This document shows positions 36,001 through 46,711 of a stretch of 64,000 nucleotides of DNA, piece by piece. The position numbers and the translations under genes were made by a program. Origin of the DNA: Bilabrum cf. latius (Eukaryota); NCBI GenBank assembly GCA_965178125.1, contig OZ237768.1:62001-126000 (forward strand). The letters are read 5' to 3'. Positions within the stretch are counted from its first letter, which is position 1, and each line of letters opens with the position of its first letter. The notes beneath the pieces are model-generated. The model was not told where the DNA came from. It did not search any database and saw nothing but the letters and a program-made list of their open reading frames with translations.

Positions 36001-39000
36001 TACTACCCAGTGAATCCTCTGGCGCGTGCTGCGGAGCTGAGGCCCACGGAGCCGCATCGGCTGCCCCCCACGCTCTTCTCTCTCGTGGCTTCGCTGTGCA
36101 GGTGCGGCAAGGGGCGCGGGGAGCTGTGCGAGCGGGGAGTCCTGGACGCGCTGCTGGACCGGTTCTGTCTGTGCACGGGCTCCGAGGAGAGAGACGAGGC
36201 TGTGCGGGGGGAGATCGCGCTGGCGCTGGCCAGGCTCGCGGGGCGGGAGTTTCCCACCTGGGGCGCGAGCTCGGAGCGGGTCGTGGGCGCGGTGCGGCAG
36301 GTGCCGTCCTGGGAGGAGGCGCCCTGGCTGCTGGGGCGGCGGTACGGTGGTGTGGTGGATGACAAGGCGCTGGACAGGGGGCTGAAGGCGAAGCAGCAGG
36401 AAGCCCAGGCGGCGGCACGGATGGCATGGAGAAGGCAGGCGGCAGGGGCGAGTGCCGGCAGTGGGCCTGCCACGATGACTGAGATTGCGCGGGACGCAGC
36501 AAGAGAGGCCGCTGTGCGTGCCTATTGCGATGCGATGGAAAAGGGCGGGCAGGAGGAAGACGAAGACGAGAGAATGGGCATGGAGGAGGAGGAGGCGCGG
36601 GTGATGGGGGCGGGCGCGGGCGAAGAGGCGTACAAGCAAGGCGACATCGTGGCGCCTGAGGATGCGCACGGGGAGGTGGTAGAGCAACAGGGCAACTAGA
36701 AAGAGATCAAAGAACAAGAAGAATACAAAGATCAAGACCTGGACGAGGGCGAGGTGGTGGTGCGCGCGGGGCAGGCCGGGCAGCTGCAGGCGATCGGGCC
36801 GGCAGCCGACAGGAGGCGACAGGCAGGGCTTCTCGCTTTGAGCAGCACCTACGGGATCAGCGGTGTGGCCGCGCCTCTGCCGCCGGGGGCCCGCACCGGC
36901 GGTCCTGCCGATGGGGAGGAGACCCAGCTGGCCCGCTCCATCGCCGCCCTGTCACTCAGCGGAGCAGCCTTCCTGTCAGACCCAGTTCCCACTGGAGGAC
37001 CGGGCGCAGTGGATGCGATCGGCTCCGGGTCACTGGTGCCAGTCGGCTTCGGATCCATATCGGCCCTGCCCTCGCTGCTGCTCACCTCGGGTGCCCTGTC
37101 CCCAGCTGGCCAGCCGTCCATGGGCCTCTCCCGCCGCGGGCTTAGAACCACCAAGGGCACCAGCTCAAGTCCAGGGGAGCCCGTTCCCGAGGGATCGCGC
37201 CAGGCCAGCCCCGTGGCAGCACTGCTAGCGCGCCTTGCTGCCTTCGGAAGGTCCAGGCGGGCGCGGTACCACGCCGCGCTGGCACTGGCCAATCTGAGCG
37301 TGGACAGGCAGCATGCTGCACCCGCAGTGGCTGGAGAAGGGGCGATCCCTGCCGCTGCCACCCTACTGGCCGTGGCGCACCGTGCCTCCCACGGGCTCGT
37401 GAAGAGCGCGCTGCGACTGCTGCAGAACCTCGTAGAGGCGGGCGGCCGGGGCGCGCAGAGGGCAGTGGCAGCCTCCGGGGCGGTGCCCTACCTGCAGAGG
37501 CTGGCACGGGACAGCTCTAGAGAGGCGAAGGAGAGAGAGGCGGAGGGCCGCACCCAGACGCTGAGGAAGCACGCTCTGAAGCTGCTGCACATGCTAGATG
37601 CAGACGATGTTGTCAGGGCCGCTGAAAGGGCCAGGCGGAGGGGCTTCGTGCTGCGGTGGGATGATGGACTCAGCGGAGAAGGAAACGTGCCTCCCGCGTC
37701 TCTGCTGGGTGCGGGGGGTGCCATGGGCGGGGGGGCGTCCGACTCGGCATCCTCGCTCCCTCTGGGTGCACAGCCGGGGACTCTGCAGGGACTAGCCAGA
37801 GGCGCGACAGACCATGTGGACACAGGCATTGGAGGCGCTACTGCCCCTGTGCGTGGTCTCGTGGTCTCGTCCAATCGCGCCCTCACTCCGGTCGCAAGGG
37901 CAGGGGCCTTCGATGTGACAGACCCAGCGCAAGCGACCTCATCCTCCTCCCACTCGCACGGGCAGCCGGCGCGAGGGCATCACGACCCGGCCCCCTCCTC
38001 GGCTTCAGCCGCATCGACCGCCGCAGGATCGTCTGCCTCCCGCCAGTCTCGGTAGGGCACAGGACAGCCCTCGCCGCTGGGTCCTATCCGAGCCTCGGTC
38101 AGCGCGCTGGGCAAGGGGCAGGGCCTGGGCCAGCCGTCCCTTGTTTCGCTGGGGGAGAGTGTGCAGGCACAGGGGAGCGCGGCGGCGGGTGCTGCAGGAC
38201 GGGCGGCGCCTACTGGTGTGACGAGTGTCCCGACTCGGCCGGTGTTGTCGTACAACAAGCGGCTCCGTGGGCGGGAGACGGAGGCACTGGGGCCCATCGG
38301 CGGGTCCATGTCGCGTGGAGCTGCTGCCGCTGCTGCTGGTGGCAATGGTGCTTCTTCGTCCGGGGGTGGAGGCGGCACCCAGAAGCAATCCCAGTCCCGG
38401 CGCGCTGCCATGGCGGCTCGAGCAGCGGAGAGACACGGCCTCGTGCTGCCCGACGACCCCCCCGCTCCCCCTCCGCCGCTCGAGTTCAAGTCGACGGCCG
38501 AGCTGGCGCGGTCCATCGCGCGGGCCGAGGGCAAGGAGGCTTTCAGAGAGACACACGCAGTGGGCGAGGGCAAGGTAGCGGGTGCCAGCATCGGCTCCAG
38601 CACCGGGGGCATGCCGCAGGTGGGGGTCCGGCAGCAGGCCTGGGACGCGGCCGGGGGGACTGCTGCTGCCTATGGCTCTGGGTCTGGCTCTGCCTCTGGC
38701 TCGTCGCTCGTGGGGCGGTCCTCGTCGCAGCCCGTGCTGCCCAGCCTACGGGGCGATGGCGCGAGATCCGCCCCCTCTAGTCGGCAAGGGGGCAGGAGGG
38801 TGCGCGGCGGGGAGGATGCATCGCATGGCGGTGCAATGACCATGGAGTCCCTGGCAAGGAGCGCTTCGGCGGCCGGGGGGATTGGCGGGGCCACTCGTCA
38901 CACCGCACAGGGCGGCATGGACGTCTCCTCTGCGGCGGGTGGCGTGTCTTCTGCCCAGCTGCAGGCCCGGCTGTCCCGCATCCTGGTGGACTCCAGCTTC

Positions 39001-39297
39001 GGCACAGCGTCCATCGCCGCCACCACGGGTGGCCTGGCGAGCAGGCCCGGGAGGGTGTCTGCTGGGAGCGCCCGGCGGCGGGCCGAGGAGAGAGACAGCT
39101 CGAGGAAGATCCTCGGCGCGGCAGGGAGGTATCCAGACCCGGCGGACAAGCAGCGGTACATGGATCAGCTGGGCGGTGGGGGTAGGGGTGCAGGAGCTGC
39201 CAGCGGCAAGGGCAAGGGTGTGGAGGCTGTAGGGCGTGCGAGCAGCGGGCAGGGCTATACGAAGAGCAGAAGAGGGCCTAAGCTAAGGAGCAAGTAA
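27067..39297 (+). CDS. Giant (~4076 aa) protein with an IQ-like motif and dispersed ARM/HEAT-like helical repeats separated by acidic/Gly-rich linkers
   Basis: All frame-1 ORFs from ATG 27067 join through 11 TAGs (27310, 28117, 28513, 29416, 31009, 31996, 34390, 35518, 35542, 36697, 38053), with no TAA/TGA until TAA 39295-39297. ARM-like segments include AALALANLSV..VAGEGAIPAAATLL, SALRLLQNL..VAASGAVPYLQRL and AALLALARMAS..LVEQGAVRLVV. The IQ-like motif AARRL*LWWRAREARR lies at ~28498-28545. Confidence 0.78.
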
Positions 39298-39522
39298 ATG
39301 CAGTACTTGTAGCATTGATTGGTCGAACGATCCGGGTGGTATCGAGTTGCGTGCTGTTATGCGAATATCGACGAGCGACACTTGTAACTTGCTGAGCTTT
39401 GGAAAGATGAGCCTGTCTATTCGTAAGACACCGGGCAGCAGAAGCCATCGCCACCGGTTGGATCTCCAACGGAGTGTGTACCATCCTACAGGATCGAATG
39501 GCTTGCTCGTCAATTCCTCCGC

Positions 39523-42500
39523 TCACACAGCCTCCGCTCCCATGTGCACACTGACTGCGACCATCTTCTTGCCGGTGTCAACCGCCTTGCCCTGCTCCCG
39601 TCGAGGACCCTTGCACTCGCAGCACATGAGTGCGACCGCGATGCTGCCCAGCAGGGCGATGGCGAGGACTGCCACCACCACGACCATGAAGACCGGGATC
39701 TCGTCACCCCCCTCGTCGGATACAACGACTGCGGAGCTCGCTGCCTGTCCAGCGTCTGCCTCCAGCACCACCGCGTTCTCGTCATCCACAGTCACCTGTG
39801 CGCTAGGCACCGAAGCCGTCAGCTCCTGCAGCACCTCCGGGGCCAGCAGCTGGGGATTGATCTAGCCTTGCAGGGTGTTGGCCTCGGCAGCGTCGCGGAC
39901 CTCCATCTGCAGCAGCAGTTGCGTCCCCGAGTCACCCATGGGCTCCAGCCAGAAGGTCACGTCCTCCAGGTCCACACCAGATGCGGTCACCACAGCCTCC
40001 ACGAAGGACTCCGCCGCAGCGCAGCCGATCTCGGAGGGCAAGGCTCCGGCGATGTCCACGCGCACCTGCAGCAGCTGGGAGTCCATGCTGGTCACAGGAG
40101 CCTCGGCGCACACGACAGCCTCGTCGGTGGCCCTGTTGCGCGGGGCCACTGCGACCGGCTCGATAGGGGCAGCGGACGCCGAGGCTGACGTGCTAGGGGA
40201 TATGCTCGGGGAAGTGGTTGGGGACATGGTCGGGGACGTGCTTGGGGTAGGTGTGCTTGAAGAGCTCTGCAAAGCATAAGGGGAAAAGTGCAATTCCTGG
40301 TGAAGGTGGTTTACGTTGTATCAGTGCAAGTATCGTACCGGTGAGACTGGTGGGTGGCATCTCTTACAGGGCTGGTGCTGCTGCTCGGGGACTGCGGCGA
40401 GTGGAGGAACAGGCAGCATGAGGCACCCATGCCAAAGAAAGCAAGATTCGCGACTGCATCATGTCTGACACCTCGCTTGAATGAGACACCGGTTCAATCT
40501 TTCTTGAAACTTACAGGAGTCGTTGAGCTGGAGGTTGACGGCGTCGGCGACGGCGTCGGCGTGGACGAGACGCTCGGAGTCTGCAGAACCGGGGCGGGAG
40601 CGGTAGGCAGGGTAAGGCAGGGCATGGCATGTAGTGGGTGCTTTATGCCTTGCATGGGTGTATCAATCGGCCTTGGCGGTTCTCTGGACTCACTGGGGTG
40701 GACGAGCTCGTTGTTGATGGCGACGGGGTCGGCGACGATGTCGGGGTCTGCGAAGGCAAGGAAATGAAGCGTTTGCTGGCTGAAGCATAGAGCGTGAACC
40801 TGCGGCATCTGGGAGCACGTTTGTCCGTGTTGAATGGGACTTCGTCTTACGGTGCTCGGGGTCGGCGTTGGCGGAACCACCCGGAGAACAGTCGGCTCCT
40901 TGCCGGTAAACATCGTCTTCTGCAGGTTGAAGAGCTCCAGCGCGTTAGGACGACTCGCGGGCAGCGGCATCGGCCCGTCAATGTTGATTTCATCGCCGTC
41001 GTCATCCGCAAGGCCCGATTCCCCGAATCCGAAGTGGAACACCCGGGCGCCGTGCACGCTGCGGGGAGCCACGCACGCAGAGTGCATCCCGTTCTCGCTC
41101 GTGCTCGGAGTCATCCAGCAGATGACGCCCTCGCCCGTGGGCTCCATGTGGGACGGTTCGTGGAGCTCTGTGTCATGCACGAGTGGGACACCGCCCTGGT
41201 CCACTTCTATGCGAGCGGCCGGCGACTGCATCAGGTCGAAGAAGGCCAGACTGTACTCCTCCTCCGCCTCCTGCTCGCTCCCTGCGTACGCCACTAGCAC
41301 TCCGCTGCCGTCCGACAGGAAGGAATTCGGCCCGATGAACTCGCCCTCCGTGAATAGCACCTCCCCAAAGGCAGGCGGGTCCTGTCCAGGGCCCCACTCC
41401 ACGATGCACGTGTGGTTGTCATTCGTGTCGCATGGGGCAAGCGACTTGATAGTGTAAGCATCGTCGTCGTAATGGAAGCCGTCGCGTGCTGAGAAGAAAT
41501 CACCGTAGATCACCCCGAGAGAGACAACGGTCTCGTCAACGTATCCACCTGTGGAGTTCAGTTCCACGATGTGGATCTCGCCCGTCACAAAGTTGTCGAC
41601 AGGTCCTGCCGTGGTGCTGCCACCGTTATAGCCCGGGATTCGCTGCTACTCCTCGAATGTCACGGCTACGTAGGGACTGCTTCCTCCGAACAGAGAAAGG
41701 GAAGCAGTAACGTCCGCGTTGTCGCTGCTGTTGTACACTTTATGCAGGTGCGTGAAGGTACCGTGCGGATCGGTCGAGTCGGCAGAGTACAGCTAGTAGC
41801 CCTCCTGGGTAGCCGGGTCCTCTCCCATGAAGACCATGAACCGGTCCATGGCAATCATGGGCCGAGTGTAGTCCTGAATGCGCACCCCTAGAGCCTCCCC
41901 TACGTAGGTCCGAATGTTGAGAGGCTCCGCCATGTCCACGAGGACTAGCCCGGTGTCCCAGTCGAAGGACCCACCCATGATTCCGAACGCGACCTTGGTC
42001 CCGCCGTCGAGCAACGCAAAGGTCGAGATCGGTGACATTTGGCCACTGTTGTCGTCTACCGGAGGGCCGTCCGCGATCGAGTACATGAGCCGGACAGGGG
42101 CGTGGTCTCCGTCAAAGAAAATGATCTGGCTGTCTGACCAGTCGTCCGCATCCAGCTCCCTTGGCTGCCTGAAGACAGCCCCGGCTCCCGATGTCTCCTC
42201 CAACAACACATCGTCCTCGGAGTATCGCGACACGGACGAGAGGTACCCACTACGCCTCGACGGGTGGGCCAGCGGGTGCGACGGCATGTCGGCGGCCGAC
42301 ACAAATGAGTATCCGACTGCATCGGCGGGGTCCTCCACCATGCACACCCAGCCTCGCTGCACCTCTTTGTTGGTGACGAAGCACGGGGATCCATCGCTCG
42401 ACCTTGCGAACCGCTTGTTGGTGCCCTGTGCTCCCTGGTACGACCGGCTCTCCGCGTAGATGTACCTCTTCCTCAGGCTGGCGTCCATGTCAGGGGCACC

Positions 42501-44390
42501 GTCGTATATGCCGGCCACATCCAGGAGCAGGATGCCGGCCTCGAAGCTGAGCATGACCGACTCGGGCTACCCGTCGGCGCGGCGCAGGACGAAGCCGCGG
42601 TCGCGGTACTGCTCGCGCCACTGCATGGTCTGGAAGTCCGAGAGAGCGAGCGGTACATTAGGACCTGACGGGTCCCCATTCCAGTAGGAGAAGGTGATGC
42701 CACCGGGAGACACGTCCTGCCCACTCACAAAGAGCGGATTCCCTCGGTTGTGCCTCTGCAGGAAGCCCACCCCCCCGTTCTTGCCTCGCCCGGGTAGGAC
42801 GTCCACGATAGTGCCAGCACCCGTGCTTAGCGCGGGACCCCATGTGACGGTCCCGTCCGGCGCGATTATGATCCTCATTGCAACGTGCTCATGGACGGCA
42901 CTATACGTCTCGACCGTGGTGTGCACTGTAGTCGTCCCATCAAGAGACGTTTCAGAGACTAGCATGGACTACGGAGACAAAAACCTCTCCGCCGACTGGT
43001 CAGAGCTGTCAAAGTCATCCAGACCTTGCTGGGCCTCGGTTGCATTCCCAGACCAAAAGAAGATGTCCCTGTTTCCATTCGATCGCACCTGTTGGTCGTT
43101 GGCAGAGAACAGCACGCCTCGTCCGGGGACTCCTCGGACATTTTTGACCTTGTCATCCCGGGACAGCTGCTGGTTGACCATGAGGGGCGTGATGTTGCCG
43201 GTGTCCACGTCGAACTTGATCATCTTGGTTGCTCCGCGGTTCTGGCCGCTCCTCGCCGAAAGGTAGACGGCCCGCTGCTCCTCGTCCACGGCCATGGTCT
43301 CCGTTAACATGCTGCTGGCCTGCGACCACGTCCACGTCTCGCTGGATAGCGCAGCTGTCTGCGTGTCGAGGTTGTAGCAGGTGAGCATGGCGCCCGAGCA
43401 CCAGAGGTACCCCTACGCAGATGGGCTCTGGGGGGTCTTGCCGAGCCAGCACAGGGTGGAGTTGTCGATCGCATGCGTGTATACGCCATTCAACTCGTTG
43501 CAGCTTTGGTGCGGCTTGATTCCGTCCGCCCCAGGGACACTCTCGTAAATCATGCTGGCGGTTGGGGGCATGGCTGATGCATCGGCAAAGTCGACACAGG
43601 CCATCTCAAAGCCGGCCGAGGCGTTCGCGACAGCTGCAAGGCAGATCCTTGTATCCCCCATCTTGACGGCAGAGTTCGCCTCAGACGTTCCGTGGACAAT
43701 GTACAGCTGGCTGCCTGCGGGCAGTCGACGGTCCCAGCAGTAGAGCCCCTGATTTGCACGAGCGTTTCCTCCCCCGTAGCTCATGGTGGTGCATGCAACG
43801 CCCAAGGTCTCGAGCTCTATCACACCATAGCTCTTGTCCACAGTCATCGACGGGCCGGTGGATGGACCGCCGGGCCAGTATCCCTCCCCAAAGGCGTTCG
43901 ACACGCCCAAGCAGCCGGAGCGAGAGCCGTTGCGGTCAGCCGCCCAGAAGCAGCCGCTGCGTCAAATATGGCATGGAAGAAATCGAGAACATATTTTCAC
44001 TGCTGGATGCTTGCACTGCCATCGCTTCCTGATGCCGTGTCTGGAGCACTTTTTGGTTTATTAGCGTCGGCGTGTGTCTACACGAGCGGCTCTTCTCTCA
44101 CCCACCAAAGGAGTTCTGCTGGCCGACGATAATGTCTCCTTGAGTAATGACGGAATCTATGTCTCCGGTAGGGAAGAAGCCCACACCACCTGAGCCAGGG
44201 ACAATGTCGGCGACACGCTTCACCATCGTCGCGCTGAAGTTTCCCGTGTACTCCACGGCAACGGGCTCCGGGCCTGCGAATAATGCAAGCGCAAGAGGAT
44301 TCAAGGTCTTGGATATTGTTGTGGTGTGCGAGCATCTCCCCGCGCGATTCTCGAGTGTAGAGCAGCCTGGTAATGCCATGAACAACAAAG
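39523..44390 (-). CDS. Putative type I membrane cell-surface protein, copy A (large beta-rich ectodomain, S/T/P stalk, C-terminal TM helix, short tail); 5' end approximate
   Basis: TM segment IPVFMVVVVAVLAIALLGSIAVALMCC precedes TGA 39523-39525. The long exon 40851-43956 is one frame broken only by TAG (43413, 42969, 42567, 41793, 41646), with another TAG at 39862. Frame-consistent GT-AG introns lie at 43957-44101, 40748-40850, 40581-40693, 40392-40514 and 40267-40367. Confidence 0.72.
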
Positions 44391-45109
44391 CGAGCGAGCG
44401 AGCGATTCAAGTCTCTCACCGTATGCGCCCCCAAAGAAGTACCCAGCTCCCCACCCGTCCTTCTGTTTCAGGAACTGAACATAAGGCTGATATAACTCCT
44501 AGTTTAGCTCATGCACGAATGCCTTAACCGAACCACCACCATCGATTTGCTCCAGATCAATTTCGGTGTACCTCGAGTCGAACTGGAGAGCCACCGCAAC
44601 CGCGGCAGTAGCAGCCGCTGCCCCAAGGCAGCGAGCGGAAATCAGCTACATGATAATTTTCCCGGTCTTCTTGAAGCCCTAGTCGTCTCGCCGCGAAGGA
44701 GCTGTGTGAGCTAAGCCGTTGGTGCAACGTGACTCGGCGGCAGCGGCGCCGCAGCGCTGGCGGAACCTCCAAGTTGTGACGTGGCGGATGACGGCCGTAC
44801 CCGAGCCAAGCGTTCAGCTCGGTCACGTGACAAGCCGATTCATTATTTATTTAAACTGGGTTTGCCGCGATTTCAGCGATCGAGCCCGAGCGGGATGTTC
44901 GGCTCGGGTGCAGGTGCTCGGCGCTTGCTAGCGGTCTAGACTAGTTGGCATCACGCAGGCGATGTCCGACGACATGCCTCCATTGTCCGTATCAATGAGT
45001 GAATTGCAGCTCGGATTGGCATCCACCTGGGCCTGCGAGAAAAGTGTGAGGAAGTCTGCATCCCCAGCAGGAAGCTGAGTTTTAGGCAGTCAAGATGCTA
45101 CTGCCCTCG

Positions 45110-46486
45110 TGCGTGGTCTCGTGGTCTCGTCCAATCGCGCCCTCACTCCGGTGGCAAGGGCATCACGACCCGGCCCCGTCCTCGGCTTCAGCCGCATCGA
45201 CCGCCGCAGGATCGTCTGCCTCCCACCAGTCTGGTCAGGGCACAGGACAGCCCTCGCCGCTGGGTCCTATCCGAGCCTCGGTCAGCGCGCTGGGCAAGGG
45301 GCAGGGCCTGGGCCAGCCGTCCCTTGTTTCGCTGGGGGAGAGCGTGCAGGCACAGGGGAGCGCGGCGGCGGGTGCTGCAGGACGGGCGGCGCCTACTGGT
45401 GTGACGAGTGTCCCGACTCGGCCGGTGTTGTCGTACAACAAGCGGCTCCGTGGGCGGGAGACGGAGGCACTGGGGCCCATCGGTGGGTCCATGTCGCGTG
45501 GGGCTGCTGCCGCTGCTGCTAGTGGCAATGGTGCTTCTTCGTCCGGGTCCGTGTCCGGGTCCAGGGTAGGCACCCAGAAGCAATCCCAGTCCCGGCGCGC
45601 TGCCATGGCGGCTCGAGCAGCGGAGAGACACGGCCTCGTCCTGCCCGACGACCCCCCTGCTCCCCCTCCGCCGCTCGAGTTCAAGTCGACGGCCGAGCTG
45701 GCGCGGTCCATCGCGCGGGCCGAGGGCAAGGAGGCTTTCAGAGAGACACACGCAGTGGGCGAGGGCAAGGTAGCGGGTGCCAGCATCGGCTCCAGCACCG
45801 GGGGCATGCCGCAGGTGGGGGTCCGGCAGCAGGCCTGGGACGCGGCCGGAGAGACTGCTGCTGCCTATGGCTCTGCCTCTGGCTCGTCGCTCGTGGGGCG
45901 GTCCTCGTCGCAGCCCGCGCTGCCCAGCCTACGGGGCGATGGCGCGAGATCCGCCCCCTCTAGTCGGCAGGGGGGCAGGAGGGTGCGCGGCGGGGAGGAT
46001 GCATCGCATGGCGGTGAAATGACCATGGAGTCCCTGGCAAGGAGCGCTTCGGCGGCCGGGGGGATTGGCGGGGCCACTCGTCACACCGCACAGGGCGGCA
46101 TGGACGTCTCCTCTGCGGCGGGTGGCGTGTCTTCTGCCCAGCTGCAGGCCCGGCTGTCCCGCATCCTGGTGGACTCCAGCTTCGGCACCGCGTCCATCGC
46201 CGCCACCACGGGTGGCCTGGCGAGCAGGCCCGGGAGGGTGTCTGCTGGGAGCGCCCGGCGGCGGGCCGAGGAGAGAGACAGCTCGAGGAAGATCCTCGGC
46301 GCGGCAGGGAGGTATCCAGACCCGGCGGACAAGCAGCGGTACATGGATCAGCTGGGCGGTGGGGGTAGGGGTGCAGGAGCTGCCAGCGGCAAGGGCAAGG
46401 GCAAGGGCAAGCGGGCGGTAGGGCGTGCGAGCAGCGGGCAGGGCCGTGCGGAGAGCAGGAGAGGGCCTAAGCTTAGGAGCAAGTAA
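45110..46486 (+). pseudogene. Duplicated 3' fragment of the ARM-repeat gene (copy X')
   Basis: Near-identical to ~37850-39297 including the TAA stop, but lacks the upstream ~10.8 kb of the gene. A deletion near its 5' end shifts the frame, and an ATG at 45095 opens a 463-aa frame. Confidence 0.6.
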
Positions 46487-46711
46487 ATGCAGTACTTGTA
46501 GCATTGATTGGTCGAGAGATTCGGATGGTATCGAGTTGCGTGCTGTTGTGCGAATATCGACGAGCGACACTTGTAACTTGCTGAGCTTTGGAAAGATGAG
46601 CCTGTCTATTCGTAAGACACCGGGCAGCAGAAGCCATCGCCACCGGTTGGATCTCCAACGGAGTGTGTACCATCCTACAGGATCGAATGGCTTGCTCGTC
46701 AATTCCTCCGC

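Noticed and set aside
7239-38612. Long antisense and alternative-frame ORFs (e.g. 9343-10857, 11067-12566, 28482-29813, 32565-33857)
   Set aside because: These are shadow ORFs of GC-rich coding sequence with no recognisable motifs.
6343-39297. Cluster of pseudogenes with nonsense mutations
   Set aside because: Interruptions are exclusively TAG, with no frameshifts or TAA/TGA over tens of kb, and most TAGs are shared between duplicated copies.
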